From Mantamonas sphyraenae STR306 (taxonomy: Eukaryota > Protista > CRuMs), in contig JAPMXV010000052.1 of assembly GCA_026936335.1 (NCBI GenBank), positions 496,001-560,000 of the forward strand: 64,000 bases of DNA. Direction: 5' to 3'. Each line of letters begins with the position of its first letter. Positions within the stretch are counted from its first letter, which is position 1. Positions 10,061 to 22,320 of this stretch are shown one piece after another. The notes beneath the pieces were generated by a model, which had not been told where the DNA came from, made no database searches, and saw only the letters and a list, made by a program, of their open reading frames with translations. The position numbers were made by a program, and so were the translations under genes.

Positions 10061-13033
10061 TCAACTGCGCCAATACTGGGCCCATCGATGGATGGTCTCC
10101 ACCATTTGAGGAAACAGCGCACTCACACTCTCGGTAATCAACGTCTGGAAGTACTCCAGCGCCTCCTCGTCCGTCAAATCCAGCCGGAACTTCTCCTGGA
10201 CCTTGAGCACACTCTTGTCTGGCTCCAGCGCAAGGTCTGGAATGTTGGCGTCGATCATCAGCACAAACAAGTTCAGAATCAGGTTTGCGCTCTTGCGAAG
10301 GATGTTGAAGGCCTCGCAGCACAGCGATTTGAAGTCGCGGTACGACTTGCTGTCTGCCCCTCCCATGGCTTCTACCATTTCCTTGCACAGTTTCATGGGC
10401 GGAGGGAACGGCTTGGGGTCTCGACCCAGCAGGTAGCCAAAGTCCACATGGAAGAGCAGGCCGTCCTGCGTAAGCAGCAGGTTGTCCAGATGACGGTCGC
10501 CCACACCCAACAGATACGTGATCACAGAGTAGCCCGCACAACTGCGGATGTACCTGTCCATCACCTCTGCCTGCACGCCGTACTCTTCGTTTGGATCCGG
10601 GTACGCCTCTGCAAAATATCCGTGGATCGGGTTGCTGCAATTCTTGTAGTCCGCCAACACGGCAGCCATCGCACGCGAGGGAATAAACTCCACAAAGCCG
10701 TCGTCGCTGCTGGTCGCTTGCACCTTGTACGGCGTCAGCTTCAGATCAAGGTTCTCTTTCTTCAGCAGCTTGTCCATCAGCGAAATCAACTGGATCACAA
10801 GCTGGTCCTGTCGCAGGTCATCTCCATGTTTGAAGATTACACCGTACGGTTCGTCCGACTGTTCCCTGGAAAACTTGATCAGCAGCGGGTTGAGGGCGCT
10901 TTTGAAAATGGTCGCCTTTTCTGGCACCACCCCTGTGACCACCACGTCCGCATCCACAGGCAGTGTCACGTGGTCCAACACCGCCGGTTGCAGGCTCTTG
11001 CCGTCGCCCAGCAGCGTGCGCAGCGTCTCGATGCGCTTTGGCCGCGGGTCTTTCGACGCCTTCAGACCGGACATGATGCTTCCCAGCTGGTCCACCATGT
11101 TCTGTTGCAACTCCAAGTCATGCAAGCGCTCCGTGCCGCCCTCCACGTCCACCAGTGCCATGGAGTACCGGTCCATGACTCGCGAAAACCACTTGTAAAA
11201 CTTGCGGTCCTCTTTGGCCACGCGAATGTACCATGAAAAGTTGTGGCCCATGACGGCGTTGTTTGCAGCCCGTTTGACCAAGAAGCGAGCCAGAGCGCTC
11301 TCGTCGTCTGTGGTTTCGTACCGAAGGGCGTGTACGAGCTGCAGCAGATAGTCCATGAGCTCCTCGTCTTCGGCGGTCTCCAAGATGGACACGGCATACG
11401 CGCGCACCTTGGGTGCCTTGAAATTGGTGCTCAGCAGCTCCAACGAATCGTCCACGTCGATGGGCGCCCACTCGTACATGAGCTCGACGGCCTCGCGGCT
11501 CTCGTGCTTGTCGCTCCAGTCCACACACTTGAGGAACTTTGTCAGAGCCTTCTTCTCGCGAGTCAGCGAGAAGCGGAACTTCCACAGTAGATCCTTCTCC
11601 TCTGCGCTGAGGTCCTTGGTGGGTGGCTGGTTGACAATCAGGGCAATCTGCTTGCGTTCCATCGAATTTGGCTTCAGGTCGCGGTCCATCATGCCTCGGC
11701 GCATGCTACGTGCCAGTTTGCGGTACTTGGTCTCGATGGGGTTTTCCCTGTCCATCTCCGGGTCGGGAACGACAAACACTTCGCTGAGCGCGCTTCCGCT
11801 GCTGCCTGCGCTGCTGCTGCTTGCCGAAACTGCTGCTGCTGCTGCTGCTGCTGCTTGCGTTGTTGCTGCTGCTTCCTGCGCTACCCCCGTTGATGTTGCT
11901 ACCTCCTGTGCCCCCCCCGTTTGCGCTGCTGCCCCCGTTTGTGCTGCCGCTGCTGCTGCTGCTGCCGACGCCTCCGGCGCCCATTCCCACGCTGCCTCCC
12001 AGGCTGCCCACAAGGGCGCTGGTGTTCAATGTGTGCAACACAGCCTCTTTCTCGTGAAATACCACGTCGTACTCAAACGACGGCAGCTCCACGTGCAGCC
12101 AAAGGTTTTCGCTGCGTGTGTTGTCCTGGCGGTTGATCTTTTCAATCTGCTGAAAAGCAAGTTTGTCCAGCCACGGCAGATGCTGGATTTCGTTGCGGTC
12201 ATACTTGTTGATCAGTCGCTCCAGTCGATCCAGTTCTGTTTCTGACGAATCGCGCAGCTTGGCTGGCGTCTTGCTCTGATCGTTGCCGTCTGCCTCCTCG
12301 TTGACCCAAAGCTTGAGTTTGTGTTTGGCCTTTTCCAACGACCTGTGCCACCACCATCACACAAACAAGTGTCAGTTTGTGACGCGCATGCATGTGTGTC
12401 AGTGTCGTCTTCATGTGTGTGCTTGTCGTCCTCCCACACGTCACTCGCGACTTGCGCAACCTGTGTGACTCACCCGTTGGCTGTAAACAATTTGAAGGTG
12501 GTGCCGCCCACAGCCATTGCCTTGCGCGGCGAAAACACGTCCCACACAGTGAATGCAAGCTGCGCATTGAGGGGAAGGTCGCTGTACTTGATGGGAAGCA
12601 CCAGCCACTGGTTCCAGCTGTGTGCAATGAGGCCAGGCGGGGTCACACGGCGTCGTTAGTGGCAGGCTGCTGCGGCGATGGGCGGGAGGGCTTTCTGTGT
12701 CGTACCGGCATTGCGAGCTGTATGGGTGATACGAAGTGTGCGCAGGCAGCCCAATTGGCTTGTCGTCGCTGTACAACTGGCAGGTGACATATAAATCGGA
12801 ACTCTCTTGACTGTACAGGCCCGAGAAGGGCACGTAGGGATCGGCCGCCACGTCCACCAAGTCGTCGCGTGGACGGTGACCCTGCAGCGAGTCCACCTTG
12901 ACCTGCACGTTCAAGGTGATGTCCCCACTGTGGAAGTACTTGTACTCCTGTCCATGTCCATGTGTCCAGGTGCAACCTCCCACTGAGTCAGCAAATGCGG
13001 AAATGCTCCAGCGCACCCAGCTCCACTCACCAT
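10061..13033 (-). CDS. VPS34: Class III PI3-kinase VPS34 (multi-exon; apparent frameshift in the Ser/Ala repeat)
   Basis: C2 start M|[18 protein letters not shown], helical domain [12 protein letters not shown], kinase motifs [29 protein letters not shown]-terminus [10 protein letters not shown]. Confidence 0.95.
11797..11964. repeat. Degenerate (GCT/AGC)n trinucleotide tract inside VPS34
   Basis: Runs of gctgctgct on the + strand; the VPS34 reading frame shifts across this tract. Confidence 0.8.
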
Positions 13034-13078
13034 CGCTTGTAAATTTTCTTGGCCCCCGCCTCGCAGTGCAACCCGGCC

Positions 13079-13565
13079 ATGCTCCACGCAGTCAACGTCG
13101 CCCAGGAGTACTACCTCCATGTCACACTGTACGTTTTCCCATTGTGGCCTTCCCTGTCCTCATCGTGCCGTTTCGCCGTCCGTCGACGTCGGCATCTTCG
13201 TCTGACCTTGCCCCGTACGCTGCTCCGTCCTTGTTCCTGCCCTTGCCCAACACAGAGAAACTCAGGACAAGGATACGACACTGGGGATCATTGAGCTGAA
13301 AATGCTTCTGGATGACGCTGTGGAACGTCTGTTTGGCGCTTCCGGTGTCGGGAGCACAAGCGTCGCTGTGCTCGGCTTTGACGAGAGCTCGTGCAGTGCC
13401 ACGCTTTGTGTCAATGCCTCTGCCCTCTTTCTCCTTTGGGCTGCCATCACGCTGATCACAAAACACAACGACGAGCCGTGTGCTGTGCGCGTCAATCGCT
13501 GCGTCCCTCATCTGCTCTCCCTGGCCACCAACAGCCGTGCCTGGACTCCCAAACCTGCGCAGTAG
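13079..13565 (+). CDS. RPP14: RNase P/MRP subunit Rpp14/Pop5 family (intron 13129-13255)
   Basis: Spliced product EYYLHVTL|ETQD...AVERLFG...LLWAAITL...CAVRV...LLSLATNSR matches the Rpp14 pattern. Confidence 0.8.
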
Positions 13566-13588
13566 AGGAGGCAAACCAAATGCATTTC

Positions 13589-16500
13589 TCAGTCTTCATC
13601 CTCATCCTCATCCTCCTCATCGTCGTCGTCGTCGTCCTCGTCGTCGTCCTCTTCGTCGTCCTCTTCCCGTTTGCGTTTCGTGCCTCCTGTCCCCAGCGGG
13701 CTCTGGTTCTTCGTATCTGCCACTGCTCCAGGCATCGAAGCCTCGCCTTCATGCCCGCCCGTGTGCACTGCCCAGGCTTCTTGTTCGTTCACCGGCACGC
13801 TTCGGCGCTCCAATGTGCTGGGACGTGTGCGCATGGTCAATCCAAAGTTGCCTACCTTGAGTTCCTGTGCATGCCAATCTTCAATCAGCGTCCACGAGTC
13901 AAAGTATTTGCTCTTGGCACGCGCTGTGCCATGGCCGCGTCGTGGTTGAGGTTCATCTTGCTCGTCCAGCTCTTGCAAAAGACCCTTGAGCGACACCACC
14001 TGTCCATTCTGGACATTGGATCCACCGATTCCAGTGCTGTTGCTGCTGCTGCTGCTGCTTTCCACGCTCATCTCGTTGCTTGCGCGCGAATCGCCACGCA
14101 CGAGTGAGAACGGGTGAGTCAGCGAGGTCGGCTGCACCATGGGCACATTGGACGATCCCTCCCACAGGGGAAGCACCGTGGCCACTCGCTGCCACGCTGG
14201 GTCTACGCTGCTCCAGTTTCCAATCTGCTTGCGCAGCTTCATGCCCTCAAACTGTGTGGGTGGCGCAGATGCGCTGGACGATCCCCCGCCCTGCATCGAT
14301 CGTTGCCGTCGCATGTTCGATTGCATGCCTCGTCCACTGCTGCTGTTGCTGCCACTACTGCTGCTACTGCTCCCATTGACGCCTGTGCTGCTGCCGCTTG
14401 ATCCCGCGGTGTTGCCTGCACTTCCGTTGCCATTAAACAGAGCCGCTGCTGCGTCCAGACACAGAGAAAACACATCTGTGCCTTCCCACGCACGCAATTC
14501 TTGCATGCGCAGCAGAGCCAGCACTTCGTTCATCAGCTTTTCGTGCGGTAGGTTCTTGCGATCTTGACGCAACACATTGGCAATGGCCACCACAATACGC
14601 AGCGCAAACATCAACTGCTTCTGCAGTACTGCTTGCTGGGATGCGTAGCGCATGCCGGCGGACACTTCGCCAATAAGCGTCTGCAACAGAAGCAACACAC
14701 TTTTGCCCAGCTGCCCGGCCACGTTTGGATCTTTGCCCAGTGTGCTGATCACTGGCGCCGCCACACTCACCAGATTGTCCATTGTGTCTGATTGCCACTC
14801 CACAAAGTCAAACAGCTGGTCATGCTCGTTGTCCATAGCACTGCGATCATCGGCGCCCACCGACGTCCTGTGTTCAGCCAGGCGTTTGATGCACGCACTC
14901 ACAAGCCTGCACATCGACAGTGCCAAGCGAGGCACAGCCTGCAGAATGCGCGTAAACATGCCCAAGTGCTCTTGGTGCTCCTTGGAATCGCGCCCCGGCG
15001 CTTCTACGCACACGCAGCGCACAAAGGTGTGCAGCACGCGCTGTGTCAGGCTCGCATGCCGCTTGGGATCTTTGTGTACATACTCTGACAGCAGGGAAAG
15101 CAGAAGCGCGGTGCTCTCGGCCTCCCAACAAGAAGTGGTTCGCAGGGCGTTTTCCACCACCGTGCCAATGTACGCCTGGTCACACTCCTGGGCCGGATCC
15201 ACGGCCAACCCAAGCATATCCTGGTGCAGGTAGTGCCACAGCTTCACCTGCCTGCCCACCTCCAATTCGCCCGCCACGTCCATTACGGCCTTGCGTCCCA
15301 TCAACACAAGTTCACGCAGCGGAGCGCACGAAACAATGGCCTCCAGCGTTGCCTGCTTTGCAGCTGCCTCCTCATCCCGTGAGTCAGAGCCGTCCTCCGA
15401 AGTGAGCATCAGGCGCATCCAGCGCACCACGTTGCCATTGAGCCTGACATCTGCACGCACCGCGAGCAGTTCGACCTTGCTCTTCAGGGCGTTGTAGGCC
15501 AAGCTTTCAAACCACCACGCTTGCATGCTCTGAGCATCCTGTGAGCTGCTGGTACGTGCGGTTTCCTGGTCCAGAGCAAACACTGCCCTGCCCAATCGCA
15601 TGCCCAACATTCGCTCACTGACCTCGTTGCTGCGTAGCGCTGGCAGAACAGTGTACTGCAGGACGCGAGCGTGCGATACAAGGCCCATGGCCACCAACAT
15701 CGATGCGATCTGGATCAACGCGTCGCTGCACGCCTGTTGGCTGGATTCCGAGGCCAGCGTCTCTGCATTGGGCATCCCTGCAAGGGTGGCCAGCTTGGCC
15801 ATGTGCTGAGGCCGCATCAGACACACAGCCATGACCTGGCACAGCAGTTGGTCAAAGTTGCACTTGCAGGCAAGCTGAGGCAAGGTGTCCACCATGGACA
15901 GCAGCATGCAGGAGCCGTACACATGTGCAAAGTGGCCTGATGCTGCATACTCGTGCACACAACTCACAAGCACGATCGCTGCGAGCTGAGCTGCGTGCAC
16001 ATGCTGCGACGACATGGGAACCCACACATTGTGGCTCACGCCCAGGTTCCAAACGCGTGCCACGCTGGCATCGTCACACACAGCCTCGCCTCCAGTCAAC
16101 CAGCCCACCAGCGTCTGAAGGGGCTTGCTTGAGTACGACGACTCGGTGAGAATGGACCAAAGCCGCTCGTTGTCCATCTGCAGCGTTGACATTGCGTAAT
16201 CCCTTTCCGAGTGCAGTTTCTTGCTGAGAAGGTTGCGCAGGCGTCGCAGGGGCACGTCATGCTGTCCCTGGCTGGTGAAGCGTTCAATGACCTCCACGTG
16301 GTCTTTGCCATACTTGTTGCTGTTGGGTCCACTCTCCTTGTGGATGTAGCTGGCAAACACAAAGTCCAGTCCCATCCATCCGTTTGCCACAGTTGACAGT
16401 TCCAGCTTTGCCAGCAGCGCACCCAGTACATCTTCGCTGAAGAAGGCTTGATTGCTCACGAGAAGGAACTCCATATGCGTCAGCTCGTCGTACAGAAGGC

Positions 16501-19500
16501 GCATCAGAGTCTGCGAAAACACCGCGTGTGCAGCATACATGGGTAGTGATGAGTGCTTGCCCGTGGAACCCACACTGCCACCACCGCCACCACTGCTACC
16601 ACTGCTGCTGTTGCTGCTGCTGCTGTTTTCTTCGCTTGTCCTGTGCTTCGTAACGCGTTCGTTGTTTTCGGGCAATGCAAGGATGGAGAGCAGCCATTTG
16701 ATGAGCTCCATGCTGTGAAAGTCGTCTCTGGCCATGTGAAGCAGCGTGGCCACACAACGAAGCTGGACGGGATCGATACCTGAAGCCCAGCTCCACTGTA
16801 CGTACGTGCTTGCCTGCCTCTTTGTGGTGTCCCTGCTGGAGCCCTCCACGTCCATGTCGTCGTCGCCACCCACAGACTCTGCCTCGCCCAGAATCGACGT
16901 TGTGGACACCGATGGAGCCAGCAGCAGGGAATTGTGCTTCTTCCTGCGCGCGGTGCCTGCCTGACTCGAGGAGCCTTCTGTCTCACCGTCACCGCCGTGG
17001 TCACTCTCATCCTCCGAGTCCGAGTCACTGTCTGGGTGTTCGGTGGGCAGGTACACGTGTGCGTTGTTTGTAGGCTGTGGTGCAATCAGGTGCAGAGGGC
17101 GATCGGTTGTAAAGGCAAGGCGACCTTGGATGTGAGGGACCGAACGCAGGCTTTCGTGCAGCCATGAACTCATGCGGTGGACATCGAAATGTGTGCTCTC
17201 GTTCAACAACGTGGTGAGCTTGCTCCACGTGCGCTGCAGGGAATCCAGGCGGTCGCCCGAGCTGGAGCTGCCAGGCTGGGCCAGCTGGCGCAGGAGGTGG
17301 TTGACCAGGGCAGCAAAGGTGCGCACGTTGTATGTATAATCCATGGTGTGGAGGCCATAGAGGAGACGGCGCCTTGAGTTGAGACCTGAGCGAGTAAACT
17401 CAAAAACGGCAAACTGGGTGAGAAAGTGGTGGTGGCGTGTGTATGATGCCGTGCCACGTTGCGTGTCCTTGAGCGTGTCATGGACGAGCAGGCTACGCAC
17501 GTAGCGCATGTGTGAAAACAATTCGACGCGAGCCAGTTCCGTAAAGAGGAGATGGAGGGAGATCAGCTCGTTGGGACGCAAGGACGCAACGTCGAGGCTG
17601 TCCAGGAAAGAGTCCACAATGACGGCATGCATGCGGGTCTTGGCCACGTCTGCCTTTTGGCAGTGAGTCAGGAGCATGTGTACGACAAGGAAGGCCTTGC
17701 GCTGGATGTTGCCGCCGTCGCCACGAATGGCCCAGGTGAGTACAAACGAAACCAAGTCTGCGAGATTGCCAGCAAAGATACCATGGGAGGCATCGGCATT
17801 CTGGAGGAGGGCAGCCCACGATCGAGCAACTGCGCTCTGGCCTGGAGCCGGACCGAGGGTGGCAGATGAGGCTGCGGCGCCTGTGGGCCCTCCTGTGTTG
17901 TTGGAGTTGGAGGAACCCAGAGCAATGACGGGGGTGGTGGATGAAGAGAGGGCATGCGCCCCACGGTGACCAAAGACACGCTTGGCGAGGGCTGTGGCGT
18001 TGCCTTGGAGGCGTCTGCGGTTGAGGATGGCAATTAGGTCCATGCGTTGGGAGGTGGATGTGCCCCTCAAGCGGGCAAGGTCATGGTGGCGTTTGTACAG
18101 AGAGAGGACGTTGCGTTGGAGAGCGGCATCAAGTTGGAGAACGGCGAGGTCATGCTGGAGGACGCTAGTGTGGACGGCACTGCCCATGGACATGAGGATG
18201 TGTTGGAGAGAGGGAAGGGAAGGAGTGGAGGGGGCGCCACGCGCAGAGGCGGCATTGGTTGCGGCGGCGCTGGGGCCGACGACGAGACTGCGGACATCAT
18301 CCGGGGGAGGGCCGAGAAGGTGCATGAGGGTTGTGTGCAGACTGAGTGTGTTGCGATGATGGTGTGCAGAGGTGATGTTGTTGGGCCCGTTGATGAGGAC
18401 AGCGCGGAGAGTGTGCAAAGGGAGCGCCTGGGTGTCGACGAGGACGTCGGTGGCAGCTGTGACGATGTGCTGGAAAATGTACATGGCGTTGGAAAGGACC
18501 TGTGATTGGAGCTGTGCTGGCGTGTTGCGCAGCATGGCTTGTGTGCGTGCGGCCGAGGAGCCCGACGAGATGCCCGGAGTGAGAGGGGTTGCAAAGGCCA
18601 CGGACAGTTCGGTAGAGGGCGCAGAGAGGGATGTTCCGGGCCCAGGAGAGCGGGAGTGGGACTGAAGGGCACCGAGGGCGCTGGCCACAGTCCAGATGCA
18701 CGCACGTGTGCTGCGGAGGAGCTGGAGGACCATGGTTCGGGACTTGCAGATGTCGCCGATGAGCATGAGGACGACGTTCTGGATGGCGTGCCAGTGGAAA
18801 CAGCGTTGCATATGATTGCTGTGGATATAGGCGAGCTGGTCGAGGAGCCAGTTGAGGAAGGAGGTCTTGTCCAAGAGGCCTTGATGGTAGTGGACGAGAG
18901 CAAGCTGGACGACGTAAGTCCAGTGAGCCTGAAGGGAGTCGAGATGGCTTTGGAGCTGTTGAATGCTCATGGCATGGGCACCATTGGTCTCAAGGGAGAA
19001 GCCACGTCCCGGGGTGGCATTGGAATTTGTGCCCGGGGTGCGCAGCGGAGTGCGGTGAGAGCTGTGGGCGGTCGTGGAAGAGCCTGATGCGCTTCCACTG
19101 TCCGTGGATACCTTGTCGACGTTGTTGATGACTGTGTTGAGGTATTCCACAATGTGCTTTGTCCATTCCTCGCGGCGCAGCTTGCGGGTGGTGTTCTGCA
19201 ATTGGCGGGTGAGTGTCGTTGTCTTTCTTCAAGGCTGTGGAGCTACACGCACACACACACACTTACGTTGCTGGCGTCATCTTTGGGATTGAAGCCAAAC
19301 TTCTTTTGACCGACGTAGATGACCTTGACGGCCCAGGTGGCGCGAAGGAAGGGAACGCGGTGCTCGGCAAGCTGACTGAGCAGACGGACGCCAAGGAATC
19401 CATGGGGCACGCGCTCCATGCTGTCCAGGGGCACACGGGCATCGGCAAGGCGGGCAAAGAAGGAATGGTGGGCTCTGCTGTCGAGTTCTGGAAAGAGCTG

Positions 19501-19968
19501 ACTCTTGCGGCGAAAGACCTGCCTGGAGGCGGCGCGTCGTGCGAGAGAACGCTTGTTCTGGGCCTTTTGCTGGATGGTGGATACCATGGAGGCAGAGCTT
19601 GTGAGGAACTGCTGGATGTAGTCGCGACGTGGGGCAAACACGCTTGCGTAGGAATCGTGCTCGTTGCGACGTGTCTGGGTGTGTTGGAAGTAGTACCCGT
19701 TCATCACGGCGTCGACGTTCAGATGCTCATGCTGGATGTACTCCAGGCCTCGTGTTTCCTCCAAATCATAAAAATCTGGGGTGCCGTGCTTGCCAAGGTC
19801 TCTGCGCGCAGCACTGGCTGGGCGTGTGAGGCGGTACAAGCGCGTGCGTGCAAGTCGTGGCTGGCCGGCGTTGTGTGCGGGACCTGCAGAGGATGACGCA
19901 GAGGCAGCCGACGCGGCCAAACCAGAGGAAGAGGATGCAAGAGACGATGAGGCTGTATTGCGGCTCAT
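13589..19968 (-). CDS. MED12: Mediator kinase-module subunit MED12-like (intron 19196-19266)
   Basis: N-terminal GTPDFY, Med12 domain LADARVPL...VPHG...VPFLRATWAVK, then EEWTK and WTYVVQL...GLLD..SFL.W; about 2100 aa. Confidence 0.85.
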
Positions 19969-19977
19969 GGCTGTGGC

Positions 19978-21331
19978 TCAGCCAGACTTTGCCTTTTTGT
20001 TGTTCAGAACGCGCTTGAGGTCTGTACGTTGTGGCGACGGGGCAGTGTGTGAGGAGCAGGGTGTGGAAAGAGGGATGATTGGGCGATTATGTGTGTGTGT
20101 GTGGGGGGGGGTGGGTGAAGGGAGGAGGGGGAGAGGCACGAGGAATGGGAGCAAAGGGGCAAACGCACTCTTGGACGGGTTCTTGATGTTGACCTTGGGC
20201 TCGGGCTTGGCCTTCATAAAGTCCTGGAGGCGCTTGCCGACGCCAAAGTAGAACCAAGCGCCAATGGCGAAGAGGGCGACGATGACGATGGAGTTGAGGA
20301 TGTCTGCAGTCTCCGGGGCGAGCTCGTTGCCGTAGATGGGATCGGTTTCGCCAAAGCGGAGGTAGCTGCGAGGGTCAGGGGTCATGGGGAAGGGGAACCG
20401 GGCCAAGGAGTGAGTGTGGGTGGGGGGTGCGTGACAGGCAAGGGGCCTGGGTGGGGATGAGGGCGAGTGGAGAGGAGAGGGGCCGAGCGTGGGGAGGTGA
20501 AAGGAAGATGCCACGTGTCCGTGTCGGAGGGGAAACCGGGAACTGGAGGACAGGGTGGACAGGGGGGCCCACATACCGGTCATAGGCCTTGCGCAGCTTC
20601 TTATCCTTGAGCACACCGTAGGCTTCGGTGACCTCGGCGTACTTCTTGGCAGCATCCTCGCCGCTGTTGCTATCCGGGTGGTACAGCTTGCTGAGGCGGA
20701 TGAAAGCGCGCTTGATGGCCTTTGCGTTTGCGTTTGTGTCGACGTCCAGGACGTTGTAGTAGCTCTTGTCCTCTGCACGGTGCGGGAAGGGTGCACCATG
20801 GGACGGAAGCGTGGGAAGAGAGTGAGCGCGGGAGGCAAACGGGGCAATGGCGTTGACGGCGAGTGGGGCAAAGTGTGGCGCATGTCATGTTGGACAGAAC
20901 GCCACAACAGGCTAGGCAGACACAGGGGGAGGCAAAGGCGTGCTGGAAACAAGGCGCATGAGGCGTATTCATGTGCACGGCATGATAGAAGGGCAAGGGC
21001 ATGGGTGGGTAGGCGATGACGGGGCGTGGGAAGCTGAGGTCGACGGGCAACAACAAGAACGGGCTGTGCACGTACCGGGCATCTTGCGGGCCATTTCCAG
21101 CATGGAGAGGATGCGCTGCTTCTCCTCCTCTCGCTTGCGAGCATCACGCTCTGCACGCTTCTTCTCCTTGTCGGCCTTGGTCTGTTGGTTCTTGGAAGCC
21201 TCTGCAGAGGCCTCGACTGTAGGCTGGCTCTTCTTGTCCTCGGCAGCGGGAGCCGCAGAGGCGCCGTGGCACAGAGCCAGAACGCACAGGGCCACCAGGG
21301 CCACGAGAATGATCACACGTCGAGTCTGCAT
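19978..21331 (-). CDS. ER-type J-domain (DnaJ) protein with signal peptide and TM helix
   Basis: Signal peptide VIILVALVALCVLALCHG, J domain YYNVLDV...LYHPD...AYGVLKD...RKAYD, TM helix IVIVALFAIGAWFYF. Confidence 0.9.
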
Positions 21332-21415
21332 CACGGGTCGGGTTTGGATTGGGATGGATGGCGGAGGGCGAACGGTGCTGCGCTGGCCCGTCCAAAGAGC
21401 CGATCCACCGTCGCC

Positions 21416-22228
<813 letters not shown>

Positions 22229-22320
22229 GCGCGGTTCATTTTCCAACAAAAGCGGTCACACAAGTCATTATTATCAGCTGTAAGAGGAGCGCAGTGTTGC
22301 TCTAGGCACTGCTAGTAATC

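Noticed and set aside
8088-10640. 850-aa cyclin ORF as listed in the ORF track
   Set aside because: The 5' part overlaps VPS34 out of frame and the middle is an in-frame intron; the likely start is 9914.
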